Shown here: positions 9,417 through 19,966 of the stretch, in pieces
Numbering within the stretch: the first letter of the stretch is position 1
Layout of the letters: every line of letters starts with the position of its first letter
From: Thermoproteota archaeon
GTDB lineage: Archaea > Thermoproteota > Thermoprotei_A > Sulfolobales > Ignisphaeraceae
Assembly: GCA_030550585.1 (NCBI GenBank)
Contig: JAUQPB010000004.1
Coordinates: 1-64,000 of the forward strand
Direction: 5' to 3'
Length of the DNA stretch: 64,000 nucleotides
Notes under the pieces: generated by a model
Told to the model about the DNA's origin: nothing
The model's input: only the letters and a program-made list of their open reading frames with translations
The model's database searches: none
Program-made: the position numbers and the translations under genes

Positions 9417-9716
9417 GTGCATCCATTGAAACTGAGATGCATGCAGGAATACATTAGAGAGGAGTATTTTGAGAGAGATAGTAGAAGGGGGCTGTACGCA
9501 ACATTCACATGGCTTGTTGAAGAGGTTGGCGAATTGGCGGACGCTATTTTGAGTGGGGATAGAGACAGTATCGAGGAGGAGCTGGCAGACGTTATAGCAT
9601 GGACGCTTAGCGTAGCTAATCTTCTTGGGGTAGATGCTGAAAAGGCGTTTCTGAAAAAATATGGTGGGGCCAGAAAATGTGTTGAGGACTCATCTTCTCT
9701 TAGACAAAAGCCTTAG
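9417..9716 (+). CDS. MazG-like nucleotide pyrophosphohydrolase
   Basis: WLVEEVGELADA..EEELADVIAW. Confidence 0.88.
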   Translation: MHPLKLRCMQEYIREEYFERDSRRGLYATFTWLVEEVGELADAILSGDRDSIEEELADVIAWTLSVANLLGVDAEKAFLKKYGGARKCVEDSSSLRQKP

Positions 9717-10619
9717 AATCTTTTTATGTGTATCCAAATCTTTGTCTGGCTTTCTAGGCTCTATATGTATATACACAAAGCTGTTTAGATGCCTTGCTAT
9801 ATCATTTTTTATATCCTCTATAACCTGGTCAACATCCTCCATACTGAGGCTGGGATCCAGCTCAACATCCATAAAGATGGCGTATCTGTTTGGCTCTAGA
9901 ACAAGCGTCTTCACGGAGTTAACATCTCTCACAGCTGGATTAGACAAAGCTATTTTCACAGCTCTAGCAATGACATGTGAGGGGGCGGATCTATACACCA
10001 AGACATTTATATTCTCAGCAATCATTTTGACTAGATATGCAACAAGCAGAACGTTGAGCACAAGAGATGAGATGCCATCAACATATGCAAACCTGTTTGC
10101 AAGTGCTAGAGAGGCCATGGCTATACCCTCTCCAACCACATCATATATGTTCTCAGCTATTATATAGCTTAGAAGAGGATTTTTATACCCCCTCTCATAG
10201 ACAAACCTGCTACTATCTCTCGCCGCTAAGAAGGCTACTGAAAGATCTATAGCCATTGATACAAACATTAGGAGAAGACCTAGCTGAGTATTTTCAATTC
10301 TTGATGGATGGAGAAATGCATGCAAACTCTCGATAAAGCCTATGACAGCTATGGAGCCGAGTGCTAGAAGACCTATTGCAAAACCAAATACATAGATATA
10401 CATCTTCTTGCCAAATGGATCAAAAGACTCCTCTTTGCCAAAGGCAATTCTATTTCCTGTAAAGGCAAGACCACTATTGATCAGGTCTCCAAAGCTTCTC
10501 AGAAACTCTACAAAGACTGCTGTAGACCCTGTTGATATTGATGCAACTGTTTTTAGAGCAAGTATAGCTATATTAGATAGAAAAGCTATTTTGGTGCTCT
10601 TCAAATCAATTACAGACAC
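9690..10619 (-). CDS. Cation diffusion facilitator (CDF) transporter
   Basis: TM segments, SFGD..N and ENIYD metal-site region, C-terminal dimerisation domain ending IHIEP; start placed at GTG 10619 (ORF open to 10739). Confidence 0.85.
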   Translation of the reverse strand: MSVIDLKSTKIAFLSNIAILALKTVASISTGSTAVFVEFLRSFGDLINSGLAFTGNRIAFGKEESFDPFGKKMYIYVFGFAIGLLALGSIAVIGFIESLHAFLHPSRIENTQLGLLLMFVSMAIDLSVAFLAARDSSRFVYERGYKNPLLSYIIAENIYDVVGEGIAMASLALANRFAYVDGISSLVLNVLLVAYLVKMIAENINVLVYRSAPSHVIARAVKIALSNPAVRDVNSVKTLVLEPNRYAIFMDVELDPSLSMEDVDQVIEDIKNDIARHLNSFVYIHIEPRKPDKDLDTHKKILRLLSKRR

Positions 10620-10702
10620 CGGACAGAATAGAGATACACGTGGTTTGCTTATAAGCTTAAAACTATATAAAGATAAAAAGGTATGTGTTGAAGGGTTGTC
10701 TA

Positions 10703-11227
10703 ATGCCAAACTATTTTGTAGGAGTTGATGTACCTGCATACATTATAGCTGCAGTCGTCGGTATGGTGCTCTGTTTTTGGGGTCTCCAGCTATCGAGATT
10801 CATAGCATCAATAGCATTTGCATCTGTTCTAGGCTATCTAACCTATGTCTATACATTCAAAGCATTTGCAAGCATAGCCCTCTCAATAATATTTATGCTA
10901 CTTGCCATTGCAGTAGGCTTTGTACTAGGATTCACCCTATTTAGAGCCTCGCTATCGATAGTATTTGGATATGTCATCGCATCTATCCTAGTTAGAGATG
11001 TTGCAAAGACCAAAGAATTGGTATTGCTGATTATACTGACAATAATATTCTCTATTCTAATATATGTTCTGAGCAACTATGTTCTCGCACTATTGTTTGT
11101 AGCAACAGGCTCTGCACTAGTTTATAAGAGCCTTGTTATCCTCGGTCTGCAAAGCACTATAGCTTTCTTGATAGTTGTTGTAATAGCTGTTGCAGGCTTA
11201 TACAACCAGCTAAAGAGGAGGGTCTAA
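10703..11227 (+). CDS. Integral membrane protein (DUF4203-like)
   Basis: LCFWG motif, about 7 hydrophobic segments, GLYNQ at C-terminus. Confidence 0.65.
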   Translation: MPNYFVGVDVPAYIIAAVVGMVLCFWGLQLSRFIASIAFASVLGYLTYVYTFKAFASIALSIIFMLLAIAVGFVLGFTLFRASLSIVFGYVIASILVRDVAKTKELVLLIILTIIFSILIYVLSNYVLALLFVATGSALVYKSLVILGLQSTIAFLIVVVIAVAGLYNQLKRRV

Positions 11228-11928
11228 CCCTTTTTATCCTCTTCCTCACTACCCCAAAACTCTTTCTTGATAGACTCCTGAAGCTCTTTAATCCTCTTAG
11301 CATGCTCCAAAGCCTTATCAATAAGATCCTTGCTCGCCTCAATCCCACGTCTAACAAAATATGCAACAGCCTCGCTTCTACTCCTAAAAATACCTATATC
11401 AACAAGTTTATCAATAATCTCAAGCTCTTTCCTCCCAATTCTTGTAGACACAACCTCTGTAACCCTCCTAGAAATGCTCTTCAAACCATCTTCAATAGCC
11501 TCATCAATCTCCTTAAAAACGTCGTCTAGAGATTTAACAACATCGCCAAAAGATCTGATAAAAACTCTTGGCTTCTCTCCAAAGCTTGGAATGGATATGA
11601 ATATGCCTGTGCCAAAGCCTCTAACCCTCTTAAACAATTCATTCAAACGTTTCGAAACCTCATCGATTACACTATTTATCATCTCTCTAAAGTCCTCTAG
11701 GATTATATCGAGGTTCTTCTCATCGATGCTTTTGCTCAGCTCCTCGAGATCCTCTAGAGAATCTCTAAACCTCTTCATGATTTCTCTAGATCTTTCTCTC
11801 CAGAGCTTGTATGCCTCTCTAACCTCTCCCTTGTTAAGCATATCCTCAATGTTGTTTACCAGATTGTTTAGCTCTTTTTCAAATTCTTTCAGCGCTTTTT
11901 CAAGTCTTTTTCTAAACTCTTCACTCAT
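11224..11928 (-). CDS. Coiled-coil protein with C-terminal ribbon-helix-helix (CopG-like) DNA-binding domain
   Basis: VVSTRIGRKELEIIDKLVDIGIFRSRSEAVAYFVRRG. Confidence 0.82.
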   Translation of the reverse strand: MSEEFRKRLEKALKEFEKELNNLVNNIEDMLNKGEVREAYKLWRERSREIMKRFRDSLEDLEELSKSIDEKNLDIILEDFREMINSVIDEVSKRLNELFKRVRGFGTGIFISIPSFGEKPRVFIRSFGDVVKSLDDVFKEIDEAIEDGLKSISRRVTEVVSTRIGRKELEIIDKLVDIGIFRSRSEAVAYFVRRGIEASKDLIDKALEHAKRIKELQESIKKEFWGSEEEDKKG

Positions 11929-11929
11929 A

Positions 11930-11961
11930 TGTAACACCAGTTACATGTAACTCTAGTTACA
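11930..11961. promoter_or_regulatory. Tandem palindromic operator, 2 x TGTAAC-N4-GTTACA
   Basis: TGTAACaccaGTTACA TGTAACtctaGTTACA directly upstream of the RHH gene ATG (11928) and downstream of a TTTAAT box. Confidence 0.7.
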
Positions 11962-12026
11962 GTTATTAAATTAAACGCTTTATAAAGCTTTATATATGTG
12001 AAACAGTTAATTCTATATAAAGGAGC

Positions 12027-13670
12027 TTGAGCATGTCAAAAGCAAAACACGTTTTTTCAATTATAACAGCATTGATTATCCTACCTGCCTTGCTATCCAC
12101 CCTACCCATTGATAAAAGTTCGGCGCAAAACGTGTTGAACCTTAATTGGTTTGTCTATGAAAATCCCTCTCCAACAGATGAAAGACCATTTTCTGTGTGT
12201 ATACTTGGGAAATACATCTATGTAGTTGGATATGATGCAACAAAGATTAACTATGGTTATAGAGTTGAAAAGAGATTAAAGGATAGTGGCACTCTTGTCA
12301 AGGTTTGGCAGTATAACCCTACAGTAAGAGATGATGTTCTATTCGATTGCCTTGCATTAAACAATACAATATATGTCGTAGGAATTGAAGGTGCCTTGGT
12401 TTTTCCAAGCACAGTAGATTTTGGGAAAATTGCTGTTATTGCTCTTGACCAAGACCTAAACATTTTGAAGTATTTCAAGATGAATATCACAGGCTTTGCA
12501 ACATCTATTACAACAGACGGTACTTATATCTATGTTGGGGGCTTCTATCAAAATGGTGTTGATAGAGGATGGTTTATAGCAAAGTTTACCCAAAATCTTG
12601 ACCTGGTAAAGCTTGCTCTCTACAACCCCTCTCCATTCGATGATTACATTTACCAGATAAAATTTGATAGAGTTAGCAACATGCTTTGGATTGTTGGTTT
12701 GGAGGGGGGTATATATGCATCGGTGGCATACATAGATACAAACCTCTCTTTTAGAGAGCCTGTAGAGGTGTTGAATAATAAAATAATTGGCTCTGCATTA
12801 TCGATAGATTTTGATGAGTATGGAAACAAATATATATCTGTGTATGGCTCTATGGGAGATAAACTCGTTGGATTGATAAAACTTGATAAAAACAATAGCA
12901 TTGTGGCAACAGCGAACAAGTACTATGGGCAGAAGGTGGTGTGGGCATGGGGAGCACTATACGTTATTCAAGCAGATTCAAAGGTTTCTATAACAGTGTT
13001 TGACTCTAACCTTAACCAAGTCTATTCATATACAGTAAATGAGTCCACATACTGCAACCAATACCTCATGCTGGGGAACGTGGCATATGATGAAAATAGT
13101 CTATATTTTGTCACAGGTCTTTGCCAGTCAGGCGATAGTGGCTGGGGGATATACTCATACAGACTACTGTTTCAGATAAGATATAATACTGTGATACAAA
13201 TGCTAACATTGACAACAACAAGCACTTTTGTGAATACAATAACAAATACAATAACAACGGTTAGCCCATATACTATCACAGTCGTTGAAACCATGTCGCC
13301 AGAGACCATAACCTTTGCTAAGAGCAGCACTATTACCAATGTGGTAACAGCGACTCTGACCAAGCGCATGAACTTTACCGTAACTTGGAACAGCAGTCCC
13401 GAAACGAAAACAGTTACAGTAACAGCGGTAGGCAGCACAACAAGTGTTGAGAAGGAGGTAGCTTATCAAACAGTTACAGAAACCTTGCCGCCATCAACAG
13501 TCACAATTACACAATGGCACACATATACAGAAACTGTAGCGCCTAAAAGCCAAAATAGCGATTCTGCGCCTATGCTAATCCTCACATCTGCCGCTGCTGC
13601 AATTTTAGGTTTATCTATTGTTGCTACTATAATAAAGAGAAAAGCTGGTTCTGCAACATTAGCATATTAA
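12027..13670 (+). CDS. Secreted/cell-surface beta-propeller-like protein with Thr-rich stalk and C-terminal TM anchor
   Basis: Signal peptide, repeated IYVVG / YNP..DD beta units, T-rich segment, TM followed by KRK. Confidence 0.75.
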   Translation: MSMSKAKHVFSIITALIILPALLSTLPIDKSSAQNVLNLNWFVYENPSPTDERPFSVCILGKYIYVVGYDATKINYGYRVEKRLKDSGTLVKVWQYNPTVRDDVLFDCLALNNTIYVVGIEGALVFPSTVDFGKIAVIALDQDLNILKYFKMNITGFATSITTDGTYIYVGGFYQNGVDRGWFIAKFTQNLDLVKLALYNPSPFDDYIYQIKFDRVSNMLWIVGLEGGIYASVAYIDTNLSFREPVEVLNNKIIGSALSIDFDEYGNKYISVYGSMGDKLVGLIKLDKNNSIVATANKYYGQKVVWAWGALYVIQADSKVSITVFDSNLNQVYSYTVNESTYCNQYLMLGNVAYDENSLYFVTGLCQSGDSGWGIYSYRLLFQIRYNTVIQMLTLTTTSTFVNTITNTITTVSPYTITVVETMSPETITFAKSSTITNVVTATLTKRMNFTVTWNSSPETKTVTVTAVGSTTSVEKEVAYQTVTETLPPSTVTITQWHTYTETVAPKSQNSDSAPMLILTSAAAAILGLSIVATIIKRKAGSATLAY

Positions 13671-13732
13671 GCTGTGTTAGTCAATAGGATAGGAGTTGCG
13701 CTAAACCAATTCAATGTTTTGGGAGACCCTGT

Positions 13733-15568
13733 TTGTGTGGGATAATAGGATTTGCGAAGAAGGGTGATAGCACTTCTCTTAGCTGTGTCGAGATTCTCAA
13801 ACAGGGTTTGAAAAGGCTCGAGTATAGAGGTTACGACTCTGCAGGTATTGCTGCTTTAACAAAGAATGGCATGGTTGTTGTGAAAGACGTTGGCACTGTT
13901 GACAAGCTTTTTAGCTATCCAGAGATACAGTCGATCGAGGCCAATGTCGCTATTGGTCATACTAGATGGGCTACCCATGGAAGGCCTTCGAAAATTAATG
14001 CACATCCCCATACAGATTGTGAAAAAGGTATTGCCATTGCCCACAACGGCATTATAGAGAATTACATTGATTTGAAGAGGTTTCTATCTACAGAGGGCCA
14101 TGTCTTCTCAAGTGAGACTGATAGCGAGGTTATTGCTCATCTGATTGAGCATTTTAAAAAGGCTGGTATGAAACCTTTTGAAGCTTTTAAAAAGGCTGTT
14201 TCAATGCTTAGAGGATCCTATGCTATAGTAGCCATAGATTCTAGCGAACCAGACAAGATATTTTTTGCTCGAAACGTCTCCCCACTATTGATAGGCATTG
14301 GGGAAGAGGTAAAGTTTGTCTCAAGCGATCTAACAGCATTTATCAAATATGCGAAAAGGGTTATAGTTCTGAAGGATGGTGAAGTGGGGTACATATCCCC
14401 AGAATCCGTACACATCGAATCTATTGATGGGATTGCCATAGACATTTCCAGCAGGATTAGCAGCATCGATGCATCTATACAAGATGTTGACAAAGGTGAG
14501 TATCCCCACTATATGCTTAAAGAGATTATGGAGCAGCCCTACGCACTTGCACAGACATTTTCATCCCTTCAGACACAAGATCTATCAGACATTTTGAGGG
14601 AGCTCGAAAACGCTAGAAGAATATACATAGTCGCTGCAGGGACATCCTATCACGCATCATTGTTAGGGGCAATATCATTCAAGAGGTTTCTTGGGATAGA
14701 GGCAGAGGCTCTCATCTCATCAGAGTTTAGAGTTGTTTCCAGGGCTGTTAAATGGGGTGATGTGGTTATTGGTGTTAGCCAATCCGGAGAGACAATAGAT
14801 ACTCTACTCGCTTTGAGAGAGGCTAGAGAGAAGGGAGCCAAGACAATAGCTATTGTAAACAACCAGTTTTCTACAATAGCAAGAGAGTCAGACTATGTAA
14901 TACCGATGAGGGCAGGTCCAGAGATAGCTGTTGCAGCAACAAAGACATTCACATCGCAGGCACTCACAATGCTGTATATAGTAGCCAAGTTAGCTGAAAG
15001 AGCATCGATTATAGATGTTGATGCCAAGGCCATGATGCAGGGGATTAAGATGAGCTATGAAATTGCTGAAAACATTCTTAATACAACCCAGGACATTGCA
15101 AAGGCTATAGCAAGAAAGCTTGTGGATAAGCAGTCGGCATATTATTTGGGGAGGGTATTCGGCGTTCCAATAGCTATGGAGGGGGCTCTGAAGCTGAAGG
15201 AGATAGCATATATACATGCAGAGGCATATCCAGCTGGAGAGTCAAAGCATGGGCCGATAGCGCTGGTGGAAAAAGACTTTCCAGTGGTATTTGTCTACAT
15301 AGGCTTTCTAGACGAGCATATAGAGGGCAATATAGAGGAGATGAAGGCTAGAGAAGCATGGATAGCCACAATAGCACCTGAAAACATGGTACATGGTAGT
15401 GTGGCTAGATACAGCGACACCATAATCAAGATGCCTCGCGCACCACTAGAGACAAGGCTGATCACATATATAATACCCCTACAGCTAATAGCATACTACA
15501 CAGCAGTGGCAAAGGGTCTGGATCCAGATAAGCCGAGGAATTTAGCAAAGACGGTTACAGTGATATGA
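13733..15568 (+). CDS. glmS: Glutamine-fructose-6-phosphate transaminase (isomerizing)
   Basis: MCGIIG, LEYRGYDSAG, GHTRWATHG, SQSGET, KHGPIAL, PRNLAKTVTV. Confidence 0.97.
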   Translation: MCGIIGFAKKGDSTSLSCVEILKQGLKRLEYRGYDSAGIAALTKNGMVVVKDVGTVDKLFSYPEIQSIEANVAIGHTRWATHGRPSKINAHPHTDCEKGIAIAHNGIIENYIDLKRFLSTEGHVFSSETDSEVIAHLIEHFKKAGMKPFEAFKKAVSMLRGSYAIVAIDSSEPDKIFFARNVSPLLIGIGEEVKFVSSDLTAFIKYAKRVIVLKDGEVGYISPESVHIESIDGIAIDISSRISSIDASIQDVDKGEYPHYMLKEIMEQPYALAQTFSSLQTQDLSDILRELENARRIYIVAAGTSYHASLLGAISFKRFLGIEAEALISSEFRVVSRAVKWGDVVIGVSQSGETIDTLLALREAREKGAKTIAIVNNQFSTIARESDYVIPMRAGPEIAVAATKTFTSQALTMLYIVAKLAERASIIDVDAKAMMQGIKMSYEIAENILNTTQDIAKAIARKLVDKQSAYYLGRVFGVPIAMEGALKLKEIAYIHAEAYPAGESKHGPIALVEKDFPVVFVYIGFLDEHIEGNIEEMKAREAWIATIAPENMVHGSVARYSDTIIKMPRAPLETRLITYIIPLQLIAYYTAVAKGLDPDKPRNLAKTVTVI

Positions 15569-15768
15569 TGTTTAAAATGCGGAAACAGATCTATTAACTC
15601 TCTAGCCCGCGGATTTCAAGGGTAATTGATGCTACAAAAACGATTACCATGTAAGACAGTTTTTGCTGGTTTTCTCGAAGGGGCTATAATCCAAATTATA
15701 AATCTCCTTGGCTTGGATGTGAGATAAAATGCAAAAAAGTTTGGTTAGCAAATTTGGGCAGCATGTTT

Positions 15769-16545
15769 TTATGATGAGAGCATCTCTCTTAGATATGTTG
15801 CTACAATTAAGTTGACAAATCTTCCATGTCTTTCGTCTAGCATGTGTCCAATTCCATTTATTCTTATTGAGATTACGGGTACTCCATGGTCTCTCAATTT
15901 CTTTGCGTATGTCTCTCCCTGGTCTCTTAGAGCATCTCTTTCAGCTGTTATTATTAGGGCTGGTGGCAGGTCTTTTAGGTTTGATAGTATTGGTGTGAAT
16001 AGTGGGTTGAACGCCTCTTTCAAATCTCCTAGATATTGTGTTGTGAAGCCTATTATCGAGTCCATGTCTAGTGGATTTCCCTTCTCACCATAGACCCTTG
16101 CCGATTCTGAATATGGGTCGAAGCCTATTACAGGTAGCACTAGTGCTTGGCATTTGAGCTTAATTCCATTGTCTCTCGCTAGAATGCTCACTACAGCTGC
16201 TAGATTACCGCCTGCACTAACACCCATTACACAAATGTTGTTCTTATCCCCTCCAAGCTCGTCTGCATGTTCATAGACCCACTTCAGAGCATCGAAAGAG
16301 TCTACAACAGCAGCTGGAAACCTATGCTTAGGTGCAAGCCTATAGCCAACAGAGACCATTGTGCATCCACAGTTCTCAGCAACGAATCTACATTCAGCGT
16401 CAGACTCCTCTATGCTGCCAGCTACAAAACCGCCCCAATGATAGTAAACCACAATGCCTCTTACCTTTTTGTCAACAGGTTTGTATATCCTGATAGGGAT
16501 CCTAGCCTCTCTCCCATCTATAACAACATCCTTTACCTCGAGCAT
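15769..16545 (-). CDS. Alpha/beta hydrolase esterase (HSL family), atypical motifs
   Basis: HWGGF (for HGGG), YRLAPKH, GVSAGG, DALRDQG, GIGH. Confidence 0.85.
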   Translation of the reverse strand: MLEVKDVVIDGREARIPIRIYKPVDKKVRGIVVYYHWGGFVAGSIEESDAECRFVAENCGCTMVSVGYRLAPKHRFPAAVVDSFDALKWVYEHADELGGDKNNICVMGVSAGGNLAAVVSILARDNGIKLKCQALVLPVIGFDPYSESARVYGEKGNPLDMDSIIGFTTQYLGDLKEAFNPLFTPILSNLKDLPPALIITAERDALRDQGETYAKKLRDHGVPVISIRINGIGHMLDERHGRFVNLIVATYLREMLSS

Positions 16546-16594
16546 GCAACCACCTCATCAATTTAGTGCTTTGCTTTGTGAAAATTTAAAAGTC

Positions 16595-17548
16595 TTATTG
16601 AAAGGGTTGACCTGCCGGCTCCACTACCACTCTTTCATAACTCTTTATAAAATCGTCTACCTCGCTTCTCGTAGGCATGCTTTGAGCACCCATGCGAGCT
16701 ATCTTCAAGGCTGCAACGGCATTGGCAAATCTAACAGCATCAACGATCTCTCTGTTCTCTAGAAGAGCAACTGCAAGACCAGCGACAAAGGCGTCGCCAG
16801 CACCAGTTGTATCAACTACTGGCACATTGAATGCTCCGACAACTGTTTTTATATTGTGTGCGGCTATTGCCGCTCCTCGAGAGCCTAGAGTTGTTACAAC
16901 TGCTTTAACGCCCCACTCCAACAGCTTTTCGCTAGCTTTGAACACATCTTCAATGCTTTCTATTTTCACACCTGCTAGCTGTTGTAGCTCTACCCTGTTT
17001 GGAACGGCTATATCAACAAATCTAAATATGTTTCTATCTAGACTTCTTGCCGGCGCCGGATTCAAAATCGTTAGCATCCCAAATTCCTTAGCAATCTCCA
17101 GACCCCTGTAAACAGTTTCTACAGGAATTTCAAGTTGTGTTAAAAATATCTTCACCTTCTCCCTCAAGTTCTTTAGTGAATCTTCGACATGTTGGGGGGT
17201 AACCGCATTATCTGCACCTGGCGAGACTATGATCATATTCTCTCCAGTCTCTTCATTCAGTATTATGAATGCTACACCACTACCACAGTTAGCTTTATAG
17301 ACATAGTCTATCCTAACACCATTTCTAGCAAGATTATCTATGAGCATAGACCCTATATAGTCATTGCCCACAGCACCAATAATATATGTTTCAACACCTA
17401 GACGAGCACATCCAACAGCTTGGTTAGCCCCCTTACCACCTGGGTAGAGAGCATAGTCGCTGCCAATGATCGTCTCATCTGGTTGTGGAAACCTCTTCAC
17501 CTTGACATAGAAGTCAGCGTGTATACTGCCAACAACAGCTATAGACAT
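16595..17548 (-). CDS. rbsK: Ribokinase (PfkB family)
   Basis: GGKGANQAV, QLEIP, NPAPA, DTTGAGDAF. Confidence 0.88.
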   Translation of the reverse strand: MSIAVVGSIHADFYVKVKRFPQPDETIIGSDYALYPGGKGANQAVGCARLGVETYIIGAVGNDYIGSMLIDNLARNGVRIDYVYKANCGSGVAFIILNEETGENMIIVSPGADNAVTPQHVEDSLKNLREKVKIFLTQLEIPVETVYRGLEIAKEFGMLTILNPAPARSLDRNIFRFVDIAVPNRVELQQLAGVKIESIEDVFKASEKLLEWGVKAVVTTLGSRGAAIAAHNIKTVVGAFNVPVVDTTGAGDAFVAGLAVALLENREIVDAVRFANAVAALKIARMGAQSMPTRSEVDDFIKSYERVVVEPAGQPFQ

Positions 17549-17669
17549 TTTGTATTCGCCTAACCATAGACGATCGGTGCTAAACATAATAAGTTTTCTA
17601 CTTGGTTACCCCAACAAAGAATAGTACATTGTTGTGCCTAGCCAAGTACCACATCGATGTATTCCAAAT

Positions 17670-18245
17670 CTACTCAACATATATTTTACAGCCATTTTCA
17701 TCGCAAACCTCTCTAAAGTTTCTCCCCTCTAGAATCATAGCCCTTAACCTATTTACAATCTCCTTCCAGTTGCCGCTACTCAAATCTATGTATATGCCCT
17801 CCTCCCCCTCTTCACTACTCTCATCAGATACGCTCTTCCTCCTTTCATTAACGTTGTACACAAAGTCTTCAACAGATCTCAAGTCTGGGAAATAAACCTC
17901 TCTCTCAATGTAAACCGGAGAGCCGTTCTCAACAACAACTACAACAAGTTGTGGTGTTTCGAAAACAAGATAGAAAATAAAGGTGTCTGCAGCATCTTGA
18001 GAACTGCAATCAAAGAAAAAGTTTTTGCATTGAACAACAACAGCCTCTCTAAAACCACCCCTACTATTCTCAAGGAATCTAGTCCAAAGCTTGTCAAAAC
18101 CCTTGCAACCAGGGCAAGACCTATTTCTAAAATAGATTACATGAACCCCATCAGACACTGGAACAAATGGCCCGTCGACCACTATTTTCTCTAGAGTCCC
18201 ATTTCTATAGATGTAAATGCCGTCCGAATCCGGTATAGAGATCAT
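17670..18245 (-). CDS. Thioredoxin-fold protein
   Basis: YFRNRSCPGC, ETPQL (cis-Pro position), extra Cys pairs. Confidence 0.7.
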   Translation of the reverse strand: MISIPDSDGIYIYRNGTLEKIVVDGPFVPVSDGVHVIYFRNRSCPGCKGFDKLWTRFLENSRGGFREAVVVQCKNFFFDCSSQDAADTFIFYLVFETPQLVVVVVENGSPVYIEREVYFPDLRSVEDFVYNVNERRKSVSDESSEEGEEGIYIDLSSGNWKEIVNRLRAMILEGRNFREVCDENGCKIYVE

Positions 18246-18438
18246 ATATCGTCCCCATCATACTTTCGATTATTGCACCTAATACACATTTTAAGTTTTA
18301 GCCAAATGCAAACCGCATTTGACAAATTTTGGCAGATTGTTACCTAAAACATCTATCGCTATACTATAGTTTTAAATGCCACATTATTTAAATACTGTGT
18401 ACAGCATATTCTGACCCGGCAACAGCTTACATAGGGTC

Positions 18439-19263
18439 TTGACATTGTCTTTAGATGGCATGCTAATCAATTGTGTAAACAATGTGAGAAAATATCTCGA
18501 ATCATCTTCAATATCATTTGATGTTGTTGGCTACAATCCGTTTGGAGACGTGTCGAAGAGATTTGATGTAGAGGCAGAGAATATTCTGCGGAAATGCATT
18601 GTCGATTCTCTCAAGGACGTTGTTTTCATTGGTGAGGAAGAGGGGGTTAACATCTATGGCAACCCAAAATGGGTTGTTATTGCAGATCCTGTCGACGGTA
18701 GCACAAACTTTTCATCTGATATCCCATGGGCTTCAATATCCGTTGCTATAGCGCCTTATAGAAGAGGTGCCACTATCAAAGATGTGTCTACAGCTATTGT
18801 CGCAGAGATTTTTAGAAGTAGAGCATATGTCTTCAACAACGGGTTTGTCAAGATATATGGCGCTTCAGAAGAGAGGAAGAAGATTCCAGCACCAATTGTT
18901 CTAGGCTATTTCGAGTTTCTAGAGGCGTTCACACCGCTGCTGAGGTATCTTAGTCTGAGCTCTAGGAGACTAACAATCAGATCTCTTGGTAGTGCTGCCC
19001 TAGACATTGTGTATGTTGGGCTTGGAAATGCCGAGGCCTTCATAGATGTTAGAGCAAAGCTTAGAAATGTAGATGTGGTTGCTGCAATAAGGATAGCGAC
19101 AGCCCTTGGCGCAAAAGCAGTTGAGTGTTCGAATGGGTTGAGGGATGCTCTAGACATACCCATAGATGTCCCAGAGAAGGTGAAGTGCCTTGCTGTAGCA
19201 TATGACAATAGTGTTTTGGATAACCTTCTCAAAGCTTTATCGAATCAAAAAGCTATGCAATAA
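18439..19263 (+). CDS. Inositol monophosphatase / FBPase family
   Basis: GEEEG, ADPVDGSTNF, RSLGSAALD, RNVDVVAA. Confidence 0.9.
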   Translation: MTLSLDGMLINCVNNVRKYLESSSISFDVVGYNPFGDVSKRFDVEAENILRKCIVDSLKDVVFIGEEEGVNIYGNPKWVVIADPVDGSTNFSSDIPWASISVAIAPYRRGATIKDVSTAIVAEIFRSRAYVFNNGFVKIYGASEERKKIPAPIVLGYFEFLEAFTPLLRYLSLSSRRLTIRSLGSAALDIVYVGLGNAEAFIDVRAKLRNVDVVAAIRIATALGAKAVECSNGLRDALDIPIDVPEKVKCLAVAYDNSVLDNLLKALSNQKAMQ

Positions 19264-19966
19264 TGCTTTTTACCCGCTCTGAAAAGGTCTTTAAAATCCT
19301 TGCCAGAACCTTTCCACGCAAAATCTTTTTGCCCACGATAAACCCGCTGTCGTTGTAATCCTTCGAGTAGTAGGCAAGCACATAGACAGGCTGTCCACTG
19401 ATCTCCGTTGTTGTCGCAGCACCGTCTTTTATGAGGCACAAATTCTCCAAGATCTTTTTCGCAGATCTGCGTGCTACCCTAAATGATGTCTGCCTTATCC
19501 TGTCAGCTGGTATAACATATTTCCTCGTTCTCAGAAATACCCTATAGGGAACCACAACATCTGTAAACTCAGTTATTCTATCTATGAACTGCTCGAGCCC
19601 GAGATAATTCTCATTTGCGATCTCATGGGCTATTGTATGAAGGTTTTGAATAGTCTTTAAAATACTACACTCCCCTACACTAGCTTTTCTAGCCTCTACA
19701 GGCATCTCATCAACTATCTTGTCTTTTCTAGAGATCTTATTCATAAGAAAAAGAACTGTATAAGGAGTTTCACAAACATCGCTGAATATACAATCGAGGA
19801 GATATAGATCCCTGGACTTGCAGCTTGGAAAGTCGGCTAATATCATTGGCATCCACAAAAAATTGTATATTTCGCTTGGAAACCTCTTCACAACATTTTT
19901 ATCCACATAAAGAAATTTATACACAACCAACACCTCATGGTCTTTCCTCTGAATCGAGCTTTGCAA
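19253..19966 (-). CDS. Hypothetical protein
   Basis: Long ORF coupled to the rpiB end; true start likely just after the GAGGTG at the rpiB stop. Confidence 0.6.
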   Translation of the reverse strand: MQSSIQRKDHEVLVVYKFLYVDKNVVKRFPSEIYNFLWMPMILADFPSCKSRDLYLLDCIFSDVCETPYTVLFLMNKISRKDKIVDEMPVEARKASVGECSILKTIQNLHTIAHEIANENYLGLEQFIDRITEFTDVVVPYRVFLRTRKYVIPADRIRQTSFRVARRSAKKILENLCLIKDGAATTTEISGQPVYVLAYYSKDYNDSGFIVGKKILRGKVLARILKTFSERVKSIIA

